From Macrostomum lignano (lineage: Eukaryota), in assembly GCA_002269645.1 (NCBI GenBank), contig NIVC01000494.1, positions 62,001 to 126,000 of the forward strand: 64,000 bases of DNA, read 5' to 3'. Shown here one piece after another: positions 1 through 13,200 of the stretch. The first letter of the stretch is position 1. Each line of letters begins with the position of its first letter. The translations under genes and the position numbers were made by a program. The notes under the pieces are model-generated. The model ran no database searches and was not told the DNA's origin. It saw only the letters and a program-made list of their open reading frames with translations.

Positions 1-1767
1 ATTTATAGCAAACTTTTACCTAGCTTTGGTTTACAATCATTTTATGTGTGCTACATATTCAAATGATTAGGCCTATAAACTAAAGCTAATATATAGGCTT
101 AAGCTGAGCAGAGTCCAAAAATCCACTGCTGCTTATCTTTAACTAATGCTAGGCAGATAGCCTATAGCCAGGCTAATGATATCTATCAGATTCAATTTTT
201 ATTTCATTTTATAAAGGTGATCATAAACCAAAACTGGCAAAATAGAAGGTGATTATAAACCAAAGGATTGCTTTAATTTGTACTTTAGCTTTGTGTATAC
301 TCTAAAATATTTTCTTGAATATAGTCATATAGTTTTATAAAAAAAAATATTGTTTCCTAACATAGATAGCCTAATAGTGCAATTGAATAGAATTAAAAAT
401 ATTGATAATGTAATAATTAATTTTGAGCCATTTTTAAAACTTAATTAAAACTTAATTCAACTTAAGCCTTAAATAATATGAAAATAAGATAAAAAATGAT
501 AAATAAAAAGTTGACAGAATACTTGATGGAAAAAATGATAGAATACTTGATAGAAAAGTTGATAGCATAGGCCTGCTTAATAGAATAGCAAAAGTTGAAG
601 GAATATTTAATGGAAAAATTGACAAAAAGTTAATGGAATAGTTATGCCTATGGGAATAATTGCATGAAAAGGTTATAGGAAATTATATGGCCAAAGTTCT
701 ACATGCTCAAAATGTCTTTTTAGCAAATTCTCAAATGTCTAATTGCCTGCCTTCTAAAACTAGTTACAAATTTACAATTAAATTAAAAAAACTTCATTGG
801 CATTAGGGGCCTAGTCTAGGCTAGGCCTATTCCATAGTCTAGATCATGCTGGGTATATGCCCGAACAAAAATTGATAGGTACAAATGCATGCCAAAAAAT
901 TGAGTGTATGCCCATTTTTAAAACTCTGCCAATGTTGGCCTTTTTTATGTTGTGAGGATAAACAACACATCCTTGACATATAACTTGGTTAATTTTTCTG
1001 CTTTTTTGGCAATACTATTTATAGTAGAAAATTGATACACACAAAGATTTGTTTAAATGCCTTATTACAAGCTTAAAACCCATAAATGGGAAATTTACAC
1101 TAAAAAATAAACTTTTTCCCCTTTTTTTCTACTTCACAATAACTTTTCTATGTGATTCTATAAAATGCATGCCAGGTGTTTTTTTAGGAGTGATGCAAAC
1201 CAACTATGCTCACTTACTTTTAGTGTGTAAGGCCAATGCATGCCCACATATTTGGGCATATACTACATGATTTAGAGTATAGGACCTGAGTATGGGATAG
1301 ACTAGATCAAGCCATCAAGGCCCATAGTTTGGAATATCCTGAATGTATGCTAGACTAAAATCTCCCATAATTTATTTAGTATAACAGTGTATTCCTGAAA
1401 ATCCTGGGAAAAACAAGGCTTGTTATAAGCTTCATTTTTAGTGTTGCAGTGCACCAAATGAATGACCTTTTTTGCTTTTTGCTGATACTTTTTATAGCAA
1501 GAATTCAATACATGCCAAGATTTTTCATTCTTTCAAAATAATTTTTTCCATTTAAATTCATTTTTATTTCACAATTTGATTCTACAATTGCAAGAAAATT
1601 TATGCCACTTTTTCATTATCTATTTTCATGCCAAATAGTATGCCAGATTTCAAAAAAAATTGTATGCCAAGTGTATGCCAAAAGTCATGAGTGTACACTG
1701 GATAATCCAGTATATACCACCTTTTTAAAAAAAAATAGATCAAGGTAAGCATATACTAAAGTGAAAA

Positions 1768-2401
1768 GAAGTACTTATCCCTATGGTCCCATGCTGATAA
1801 TTCCAATTTTATCCACATAGATCCATTTCAATAATTTCTAGCTTATCTTCATGGCAGCTTATTGAAATAGCTGCCATTATTCAAGTCAACAGGTCGTGTC
1901 AATAATTCCAATTTCATCTACATGGAGCCATGTTAATAATTTTAAGCTTATCCCTATAGCTAAGATTGTGCAGTTGTTTGTGTTTAGTTTTTTTGTATAG
2001 GCCTACTGACATTAAATTGATATTATCACTAGTATTAGTATTATTATCATTAGGCCTTATTATGATATTTTGAATTTTGAATTTTGCAAGTCTCATTTGC
2101 CTTGATATTAGGGTCATTTGGTCATTCTAAGCAAGGCTAGCAGCTAAGCAAATATTTAAAATTAACCCTCTTAATGACTAAAAGTTTTAACAAAGTAGGC
2201 CTCCCTATTCAGTATTTAGTACATATAGTTTATTTGGAAGATTTATAAAACAATGAAAACAAAAAGACAGTTTTTGAATAGATTTATTTTAAGGTTCTTT
2301 ATTCCAATAAGCTGCCATGGGGATAAGCTGGAAATTATTGACACAGATCTGTGTGGATAAAATTGGAATTATTGGCATGGGACCATGAGGATAAGCACTT
2401 C
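1768..2401. mobile_element. MITE-like/foldback element with ~100-bp imperfect terminal inverted repeats
   Basis: 1768-1867 (AAGTACTTATCCCTATGGTCCCATGCTGATAATTCCAATTTTATCCACA...CATGGCAGCTTATTG) is close to the reverse complement of 2302-2401. The AT-rich non-coding spacer is ~435 bp and carries a partial third copy at ~1895-1925. No clear TSD. Confidence 0.5.
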
Positions 2402-4399
2402 CAAAATGAAAATTCTAGTTTTTGCAATCTTATATTGATGTAAATAAAAAATAAACTAAGAATAAAGTTGCAGGCATGACTATGAGTCTATAAGTATGAC
2501 AACTTATTATACAAATGTATTTATACAATGTAATATTAAGTCTAGGCCCCTATATATAAAAAGAATGAAAAAAAAACCATTTGCCAAATAACATGACACT
2601 TTATTACTTACTTATAAGCAATGCAAAACACAATTACAGAAATGTAAGTGACGTGACTAACTTTAGACTAAGGACTCAATAAGTGCTGTATAGGCCTTAG
2701 TCCTATGTCGTAGCGTAGGCTGCTATTAAAAAGGGGTTTAAGAAAATTACAGAAAAAAAAGTGAGTTAAACGAACCAACCATTATTTTTGCGCAACCAAA
2801 ATTGTGTCATTCGTATTGGTAAAACAAAGTGCTATAATTTGTAATACCTACTTTGCAATTAATTAACAGGCCGGTATGCTATCAAATTGGAAAAAAACTG
2901 CTTATAGGCCTTCCGCAAAAAAAGCAATAAAAATTTTTATTGCTTAGCCTAAACAATCATTCGTTTGGAAACACTCGTTATTTCTAGGGATGTTGATTAG
3001 AGTAGGTTCAGTGTAACCAGTAATCTGCCTTTTACTGTTTAAAGAATCAGTTCAAAGGGGTTTTATATATAAATGCTGATGTCGCTAGCTTGAGCTGTCC
3101 AACTATATATGACGATTAGAGCCAACCATTATTGTGCTTTTCATTGCTGTTACTTTTGTTGATAGTGATACCCATGATACATATGCCTACTAGAACTAGG
3201 CAAGCGCTAGGGCTTGGCTAGGGACGGTCACATCGATAATTGATCACATAAAAACACACACATATATAAGTGTTTCTCTTTTTTGAGGTTATATCTGCTT
3301 TTTCTGTGCAAAAAACTTAGGCATACTTGTTATTCAAATTTGCCTTTTTTGTACATGCAATTGGCAGTGGCAAGTCATGGCTGGGACCTTTAATGATTAG
3401 GCTAATGGCTTTATTGATGTCTAGATTAAAGCTTACTAAAATTTATATTGGCCTATTGGCCATACTTATAGGCCTATACATTAGGAATAGGGCCTATGGC
3501 CATATATATTGGAAATATAGGAAATAAGTCTATCTAATATTAGACTTAGAGTTGTACTAGCAATCTACGCCCCCGTTGGGGAGCCAAAGAAATGCAATAC
3601 ACGTTTTTTTAATAACCTATATGTAGCCTTGAAATCTTAAAAAATCTCCTCTCAAACTTCTAACCCTAACCAAAACCCTAAATTCAATATTTAGTCCATG
3701 AGTTTTTGCATGATGCTTCTATGATTTTTACATGACGCTTCCATTATTTTTGCATGATTCTTCCATGATAAACATTTTAATAAGCTACATGAGCTTAGTT
3801 ATAAGCTACCCTAACCCTAACCCGAATCTTAACGCAATAACCCTAGGCCTAGGCCTAGTATAAAAATAATAATATAATAGTATAAAAATAATATATAATA
3901 GTATATATATAAATAGTATATATAATAGTATAAAAATAATAGGTTGGCCTAGGCCCTATTATAGGAAATATTATCCATGCAATACAATAGGCCTACTCCT
4001 AAATCAAATTTTATACTAGAAACTATATTTCTTAGTTGAATTGTGTCAAATGTGTATTATTATATCAATATATGCCTATAAAGACAATAGGCCGATGCTA
4101 AACCTCTTACTTAAATACTTATTAGACAAGCTATTGAAACTTGCAGAATTTAAACCTGTAGAAGAATTCTAATCCTCAGAACTATTTTTGTTTATATTCT
4201 AAAATCTAAAGTCATTCTCAAACAAAAACTAATTAATAGTTAGGATAGAAATAAATATAACATGAAATAAATTTATGCAAAATGAAGATTTGAGGCAAGC
4301 AAGCATTAATCTCATTGGCAAAATGTTAGGCCAAAGCAATGTCTGCTTAAAAATATATGGGCAAACTCTGGCCTTTACCTCTGCCTTTTTCTATATCCT

Positions 4400-5205
4400 T
4401 TAGATTATTTGAAATTATTTCTTTTTTGTATTTTCTCTCTTTTCTTTTCTTTCTTTTCTTTCATCTTTACTTTTTATTTATCATTTTCTCTTTTTATCTC
4501 TACCTAATCTCTTCTCATTTCTTTCTTCTCTCTCCTTTTTCATCTTTATCTCTATTATCTCATCTCTTCGTCTTTTCTCTCTTTTTTCTTCCCATTCCCT
4601 CCTCTCTTCCTTCAATACTTTCAATTTTCTTTTCTTTCTCTTTATCTTTTTACTTTTTTCTTTGTTGTTTTAATCCTCTCTCCTATCTACTTTTTCTTTT
4701 CTTATCTCCCTTCTTTATTTTCTCTTTCATAAACTTTCATCTCTTATGTTATCTCTCTGCCCTCTCATCTTTTCTTCTTTTTATTCTTTTCCTTCTCTTC
4801 TTTTCTCCCACTTTTCTCTCTTCCCTTTCTACTTTCTCCCCCCCCTTGCTTGTCTTCACAATTCTCTGTCCCTTCTCCTCTTCTCTCTTTTTACTCTACT
4901 TCTCTCTCCTTTTGTCTCATTTCTCCTCTCCTCTCTGTTCTCTTATTTTTCCTCTTTCTTCTCCATTCTACTCTCTTATCTTTTCTCTTCCCTCTTCTCT
5001 CTTTACTCTGTCGTCTCTCCCCTTTTCTCTTCTTTTTTCTCATATCTTTTCTGTTCTTTTTTCTTTCTAATCTTTCCTCTCTCATATATTCTCTGCTCTT
5101 TTATCTTTATTCTCTTTTTCTCTTTTCTCATCTTTTATCCTTTATTTTATCCATTTCCTTGCCTCTCCTTTCTTCTAATTGTCTATTCCTTCCCCTTTCC
5201 ACCCT
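4400..5205. repeat. CT-rich low-complexity pyrimidine tract
   Basis: About 800 nt almost entirely C/T. It generates spurious F/L/S-rich and R/K/E-rich ORFs. Confidence 0.9.
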
Positions 5206-5904
5206 CACTTGGCTTACAGCTATGATCAAGATTCTTTATCTAGCATTTAAGATAAAAATCTGCTGATCTCTGTTTTGAAAGCCAATTTGTAGAATGTAGT
5301 ACTCATTTTGATTGTTTTCTTACTTTGATCATGTCAATCTTTTTGGCCAATTTGCAGTCCTGAGAGGAAGTTGCATATCTTCAGCTCTACTGCAATCTAT
5401 TTCAGTCTAATAACTAAGGAAATGCATATTTCTTAGAAGGCCATTTAAATTTTAAAGTACCTTCAAGTGAAACTTGATGTTAAAATTTAATGGTGTGACT
5501 TGTATTGCATTGCATTGCTTTTTCATAAATATTTTACTTTTATAAACCATGTTAGATTGCCTTGATTTGCCAATTGCCATCTACTATTAAACTATTTAGT
5601 ATATCATAGTATACTTTAGTATAACTATTGAGTGTAGGCCCTAAGGCTAGGCTTATAGTTTGTTACTATTAATATGATAGTATAAAAAGCTATTTAGCTT
5701 TTTTTAATCTTTAAGATTATAAGTATTCTAATTCTAAAAGATTATCTAGATCTTTTTTATATAACTTTTATCCAAAAGTTTGGATTACTAGTGAGACCTA
5801 TTGTAAAAGTAAGACTTAAAATGCTTTGTCCTCCCCATTTTACCTTGTGACCCTTTGTGGAAAGCAATCATTTTGTTTAAGGGTGCTACAATATAGCCCT
5901 ATAG

Positions 5905-6095
5905 CACAAAAATGAGTGCATGCAATATTACAATGAATGCTTATGGCACTAAAAGGAGTGCCTTCAATGCTAAAATAAGTGCTTGGGACATTAAAATGAG
6001 TACCTGTGGGGCTAAATTGAGTCCTTGTTGAACCGAAATAAGTGCCTATGACGTTAAAATGAGTGCCTGCTATGCCAAAATGAGTATTTTGACAA
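5905..6095. repeat. degenerate 21-bp tandem repeat (~9 units, AAAATGAGTGC core plus variable tail)
   Basis: Units include aaaatgagtgcatgcaatatt, aaaaggagtgccttcaatgct, aaaataagtgcttgggacatt, aaaatgagtacctgtggggct and aaaatgagtgcctgctatgcc. Confidence 0.75.
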
Positions 6096-7295
6096 TAGTG
6101 ATTCTCAAAATAATGTACATATAGAAATTTAGAGATGTACATATCAAATTCATTGTTTTGTACCTCCTACCATAAAATCGATGGCAACACTCCTAATATG
6201 TATATACCATATATCCAATGAGACAAATTGGTTTTAGTCAAGTCAATGCACTATACATTTTCAAAATGACATACAAACAACATTGATCAAAGCACTTTAA
6301 ACTTGTGCTCCAGCTCTCTGCTAGCAGTTGTATATTTGATGATAGTTTGTGCAAATAAATATATGTAGCCTTAAAAGAGGCCATTTAAGGCTTCTTGACA
6401 ACATTTCCCTTAATGCTAAAGGGATTAAATATTCAAAAACATGCTTTTTGCAAAGGTCAAGCAGAATTTTTTATTGTGAATGCATTGTAAGAATGCTAGA
6501 GCAATAACTAACAGACAATTTTGGTTTTGATAAAGATTATATCAAAATAAGCTTTTTATTTTAAATTATTTATTGTTAGTTTTCTGGCTTAATTGAGATT
6601 CCAAATTGAATTGAATCACAATTTGGTTCTTGTTAAATTTAATAGACTGACTGATACTCACTGACTAAGAAATCAATTGTAGTATAACTGCTTGCTATGC
6701 ATTTACTCTATAGAGTAGAGAGTATCTATGCATTATGCATAACTGCTTGCTAGAATAAGAGCTAGTCTAGATATGAACAGACTAGACAGAATGCATTGGT
6801 TCAAATTTCAAAAGTATTTTTAAGCCTTTTTAGTAATAGAAGAAACAATTTTACCAAAGATATAATCTTGTCTTCTTTACTAAACTAATGAATCCTAAAT
6901 TAAAATTTCATATTAATTTGAAGTCAGAGATTAACATGTTTTTAGCTCATATACAATTGATAAAAGTGGACTTGCCCTCTGAAGAACCATAAGAAATATG
7001 ATAATTGTTTTTAAAACATTTTCATCCCTTAAACCACAATGCATTTTTATGCTATGCATCAAATTATTTTGTAACAAAAACTTGTTGAAAAAGAACAAAG
7101 TTATTTGACATAGAAAAGTTTTGCCTTAACAGAACCAAACGAATATTAATCATTTTTGTTAAATGTTTTTATCTCTATTGTTGCTAATTTATCATGCAGT
7201 ATTTTTTAATATATTAGGTTAATTAAAAAACTAAAGCCAACTTACCTGTCTTGCCATGGTAGATCTTTTAACTAAAAATAAATTTGTGCAAGCCA

Positions 7296-10200
7296 ATGGC
7301 CGAGCGAATGAGCAAACTATGGCGCACTCTTAGCTTTCGTAAGAAGCGCTCCTCGTCGAGGCGCCACGAAGGCGGCGGTGGCAGCGGTGGCAGCGGTGGC
7401 AGCAGAGCTGGGGCCAGCTCTTCGTCTGGAGGCAAGCCCCAGCATTGGCAGGACGATGAGCGGAAAGTGCGCGAAGGTTCCTGCAGTTTTCAAGTGAAGG
7501 TCAGTTGGGCTTAGAATGGGAATGGGGACTGATTGGTCTTTCAGAAGAATTTTTCTAAGTCTGTTAACAAGAAAAAACAACCATGTCCCTATCTTATTTT
7601 ATTCCTGGAATCATCATACCAACAATCCCAATCCCAAAACTCTGGTGAATCCCCAATCCTAGAACTCTAATGAAACTAATGAATCCCCAATCCTAAAACT
7701 CTAGTAAATCCCCAATCCTTAAACTCTAATGAATCCCAATCCTAAAACTCGAATGAATCCCAATCCTAAAACTCTAGTAAATCCCCAATCCTTAAACTCT
7801 AATGAATCCCAATCCTAAAACTCGAATGAATCCCAATCCTAAAACTCTAATGAATCCCAATCCTAAAACTCTAATGAATCCCAATCCTAAAACTCGAATG
7901 AATCCCAATCCTAAAACTCTAATGAATCCCAATCCTAAAACTCTAATGAATCCCAATCCTAAAACTCGAATGAATCCCAATCCTAAAACTCGAATGAATC
8001 CCAATCCTAGAACTCTAATAAATCCCAATCGTAAAACTCTAATGAATCCCAATCCTAAAACTCGAATGAATCCTCAATCCTAGAACTCTAATGAATCCCA
8101 ATCGTAAAACTCTAATGAATCCCAATCGTAAAACTCTAATGAATCCCAATCCTAAAACTCTAATGAATCCCAATCCTAGAACTCGAAATGATCCCAATTC
8201 CAAACTGCCCAGAATCCCAAATGCAATCCAACAACTCGCATTGCAGTACCTCGGCTGCATGGAGGCGTACGAATCACGCGGCATGCAGGTCTGCGAAGAG
8301 GCTATAAAAAATCTAATGAAGGTAAAGTTTAGTAAAAGGCAATGTATATATTCACTACTTTCAATTAGCGTTTTAAATAATAATTTCTCAATCATTAATT
8401 TAGGCCAAGTCAAAGCACCACAAGAGGGCTGTTCTCTACGTGAACGGCGAAGCACTTCGAGTTGTCGATGAAATCACCAAGGTGAGAGAAATAGTTCTCA
8501 CAAATTTTATCAATTTATATTGTACTATAAAATCATCGATATGGTCTACTAATAGTAGGCTAAAATGCACGTATTTAAGACTGTATTATAATCATACAAT
8601 CCTATGACGGTTAGAACTAAGAGATCTGTGTTTCAAGATATAAAACACACTGTCTTTTTTCCTTAGGGAGAAAGCCACAAAGAGCCTAAAGAAGTGAATG
8701 TTATGCGGTCTCTAATTTTATACCCTTTAGACATATCCTTATTACACTTTGTCCTAGCAACTGGCACACGGGTCCCTCTTTGTCAAGCTGCTTTTGTGCT
8801 GCTTGCTGTATAACTGTCTGCATGCATGTGATATACCATTACTATTGATATATTCTTCTGTGATGTTCGATGCTTCAATACTGTTTGTCACATGGAAGTT
8901 GAGCATTTATAATGATTTAATGCATGCCATTTGATTTTGTCGAAACTTGATCTTCTACACCGCGTGGCAGTATATTTGCGTTTAGGCTATAATGTGTATC
9001 TAAAGTAAAAAGATACTATTAGTTCACTCTAGACTTCGGTTCTGAACATAATACTTCAGCATAGTATTGTCATTCATGCAATCATATGGCAAAGGCAGTC
9101 AGAATGCAATGTTCTTGTGAACTTTCCGGCTAAATTTGTTTTTTGTTACACGTTAATTTGTTGTTTTCTGCTTTGCTAGGGGCCACTGATTGGTCTGATT
9201 AGTCTGAAGTTACTCGAAAGCTCATCTCTGATTGGTCAGAAATTGTACTCAAACGATCGTCTCTTATTGGTCAGAAGTTACTTGAAAGCTCGTCTCTGAT
9301 TGGTCAGAAATTGTACTCAAACGATCGTCTCTTATTGGTCAGAAGTTACTTGAAAGCTCGTCTCTGATTGGTCAGAAATTGTACTTAAACGATCGTCTTT
9401 GATTGGTCAGAAATTATTTGAAAGGTCGTCACTGATTGGTCAGAAGTTACTTGAAAGCTCGTCTCTGATTGGTCGGAAGTTACTTAAAAGCTCGTCTCTG
9501 ATTGGTCAGAAGTTACTTGAAAGCTCGTCTCTGATTTTCAGTAACTAATTGCCTGTGTAACCTAAATTCTTCTCAGGGCCTAATAGTGGACCAGACCATC
9601 GAGAAGGTGTCCTTCTGCGCTCCGGACCGCAATCACGACAAAGGATTTGCTTACATCTGTCGAGACGGCACCGCTCGTCGTTGGATGTGCCACGGCTTCC
9701 TGGCGGTCAAGGAGTCAGTAAGTGTCGGTATCGAATTCCAAACCTTATTGTGTTTTTGTAGCCATAGTTCTATTAACAATATTCCCAAGTTGGATCTATC
9801 ATCTACCAATATCTGATTTTGTCATCTATTGCGAAATTATTTGATTGTCACCTCCGTTTTCTGTCGGTGAGTTAATTCAATATTGATTATTGATTTTCAA
9901 TTATGTTGATTGATTACATAGCAATTTTCCTTAATTTGATTCGCTGCAATTTACCATAGCAAACTTATTCATTCATAATTGTTTTCCTATTCTTTATCTA
10001 TGTTGTCTATAATCCAGTTACATTGTCTACTAGCTCTGCAGTGTCTGCCACCCATTTCCCACCCTCTAACCCCATTTCCCATCCTCTATCCCCATTTTCC
10101 ATCCTCTAGCCCCATTTCCCATCCTCTAGCCCCATTTCCCATCCTCTAGCCCCATTTCCCATCCTCTAGCCCCATTTCCCATTCTCTAGACCCATCTCTC

Positions 10201-13200
10201 ATCCTCTAGCCCCATTTTCCATTCTCTAGACCCATCTCTCATCCTCTAGCCCCATTTCCCATCCTCTAGCCCCATTTCCCATCCTCTAGCCCCATTTCCC
10301 ATTCTCTAGATCCATCTCTCATCCTCTAGCCCCATTTTCCATTCTCTAGACCCATCTCTCATCCTCTAGCCCCATTTCCCATTCTCTAGATCCATCTCTC
10401 ATCCTCTAGCCCCATTTCCCATTCTCTAGACCCATCCCTCATCCTCTAGCCCCATTTCCCATCCTCTAGCCCCATTTCCCATTCTCTAGACCCATCTCTC
10501 ATCCTCTAGCCCCATTTTCCATTCTCTAGACCCATCTCTCATCCTCTAGCCCCATTTCCCATTCTCTAGACCCATCTCTCATCCTCTAGCCCCATTTTCC
10601 ATTCTCTAGACCCATCTCTCATCCTCTAGCCCCATTTCCCATTCTCTAGATCCATCTCTCATCCTCTAGCCCCATTTCCCATTCTCTAGACCCATCCCTC
10701 ATCCTCTAGCCCCATTTCCCATCCTCTAGCCCCATTTCCCATTCTCTAGACCCATCTCTCATCCTCTAGCCCCATTTTCCATTCTCTAGACCCATCTCTC
10801 ATCCTCTAGCCCCATTTCCCATTCTCTAGATCCATCTCTCATCCTCTAGCCCCATTTCCCATTCTCTAGACCCATCCCTCATCCTCTAGCCCCATTTCCC
10901 ATTCTCTAGACCCATCCCTCATCCTCTAGCCCCATTTCCCATTCTCTAGACCCATCCCTCATCCTCTAGCCCCATTTCCCATTCTCTAGACCCATCCCTC
11001 ATCCTCTAGCCCGAATTACCACCCTCAAGTCTACCTTGTAACCTCTTGCCTCACCTCTTCCCTAATCCTTCACTCCTGCAGGGCGAGCGCCTCTCACACG
11101 CCGTAGGCTGCGCGTTCGCCATCTGCCTGGAGCGCAAGCAGCAGAGCGAACGCGAGAAAGAATCGGCCGCCCAAGTGCAAGTGTCCTACAATGACAAAGG
11201 CACCGTGTTTGAACGCACTGGCTCGTTTCGGCAAGCCACCCTAACGGAGCGCAAGCTGGACCCTCAGAGTGCTATTCTGCCCGAGCCTGTGCCTGTCACT
11301 CAACGACCCGAAGCTCGAATAGATTCTCGCGTATCCGTGCCGAGGCCGCAGGCTAATCCAGATCTGATGTATCAGCGACAGTCTTCTTTGAGGCTGTTTC
11401 CTAAGCTGGAATCGTCCGGGTTGCCGCGTTCAAGGATCGGGCCTATTCGTCTATGCGAATGACCTCGGCCGAGGCGCAGCAAGCTAGGGCTGGACTGGCT
11501 GCTAGGGGCGGCGCTGGGGCCAGTGAGTATAGCTGGGATTTATCTCGTTACCTATACCTCCCCATCAATAATCTCCCTAACCTACCTTCCCACCAAGAAT
11601 CTCCCTAAACTCCCTCCCATCAAGAATCTCCCTAAACTCCCTCCCCATCAAGAATCTCCCTAAACTCCCTCCCCATCAAGAATCTCCCTAAACTCCCTCC
11701 CCATCAAGAATCTCCCTAAACTGCCTCATCAAGAATCTCCCTAAACTGCCTCATCAAGAATCTCCCTAAACTCCCTCCCCATCAAGAATCTCCCGAAACT
11801 CCCTCCCCATCAAGAATCTCCCTAAACTGCCTCATCAAGAATCTCCCTAAACTACCTCATCAAGAATCTCCCTAAACTCCCTCCCCATCAATAATTTCCC
11901 TGAATTGCCTCCCCATAAAACTCCCCTGAATGATCTCCCTAAACTTTCTTCCTATCAAGAATCCCCCTAAACTGTCTTCCTATCAAGAATCCCCCTAAAC
12001 TGTCTTCCTATCAAGAATCCCCTAAACTGTCTTCCTATCAAGAATCCCCCTAAACTGTCTTCCTATCAAGAATCCCCTAAACTGTCTTCCTATCAAGAAT
12101 CTCCCTAAACTGTCTTCCTATCAAGAATCCCCCTAAACTGTCTTCCTATCAAGAATCTCCCTAAACTGTCTTCCTATCAAGAATCCCCCTAAACTGTCTT
12201 CCTATCAAGAATCCCCCTAAACTGTCTTCCTATCAAGAATCTCCCTAAACTGTCTTCCTATCAAGAATCCCCCTAAACTGTCTTCTATCAAGAATCTCCC
12301 TAAAACTGTCTTCCTATCAAGAATCCCCGCTAAACTGTCTTCCTATCAAGAATCCCCCTAAACTGTCTTCCTATCAAGAATCCCCTAAACTGTCTTCCTA
12401 TCAAGAATCTCCCTAACTGTCTTCCTATCAAGAATCCCCTAAACTGTCTTCCTATCAAGAATCTCCCTAAACTGTCTTCCTATCAAGAATCCCCCTAAAC
12501 TGTCTTCCTATCAGAATCTCCCTAAACTCTGCCCCATCAGGAAATCACCCTGTCATCACAACCAATATCCACTTCAGCATCCCTTTAAATCCCATAATTT
12601 CGCAGGCTCTGCTATACCAGAAGCCTCGCCTCAACCGAGCGGCTGCACGACTCCGGACCCCTCTGCCTCCGCCGCCGGTGCACCTGACGCCGAATTCAAG
12701 CCACAACTGCAACGACACCGACTAATCGATATTTGAGTACTCTGTCAGAATCCGAGGAGACCAATCAGCAGCCGACTGTTGCGGCCTCTTCTGTTGCTAC
12801 TGCTGCTTGGCCTCCTTCTAATGGCAGTGCAACTGCTTCTGCCGGATCTTACAATCGTGAGTTCATCAATACTGTGCAAGATTAAGGATCTACGGACATG
12901 CGTTATGGGTCAATTAAGGGGTCAGATAAGGACAGCATTTAGGGGTGTTGGGGTCAGATAAGGACAGTATATTTGGGGGTCAGATAAGGACAGTTTATTT
13001 ATGGGTCAAATAAGGACAGTATATTTAAGGGTCAGATAAAGACAGTATATTTTGGGTCAGATAAGGGCAGTACATTTAGGGGTCAGATAAAGACAGTAAG
13101 TATATTTATGGGTCAAAAAGGACAGTATATTTAAGGGTCAGATAAAGACAGTATATTTATGGGTCAGATAAAGACAGTATATTTATGGGTCAGATAAGGA

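Noticed and set aside
3655-3845. Telomeric (CCCTAA)n array
   Set aside because: Only two or three degenerate units in two spots, too short to call.
11415-12740. Programmed ribosomal frameshifting in numb
   Set aside because: There is no X XXY YYZ slippery heptamer at either site, and both breaks are fixed by one extra base in a homopolymer.
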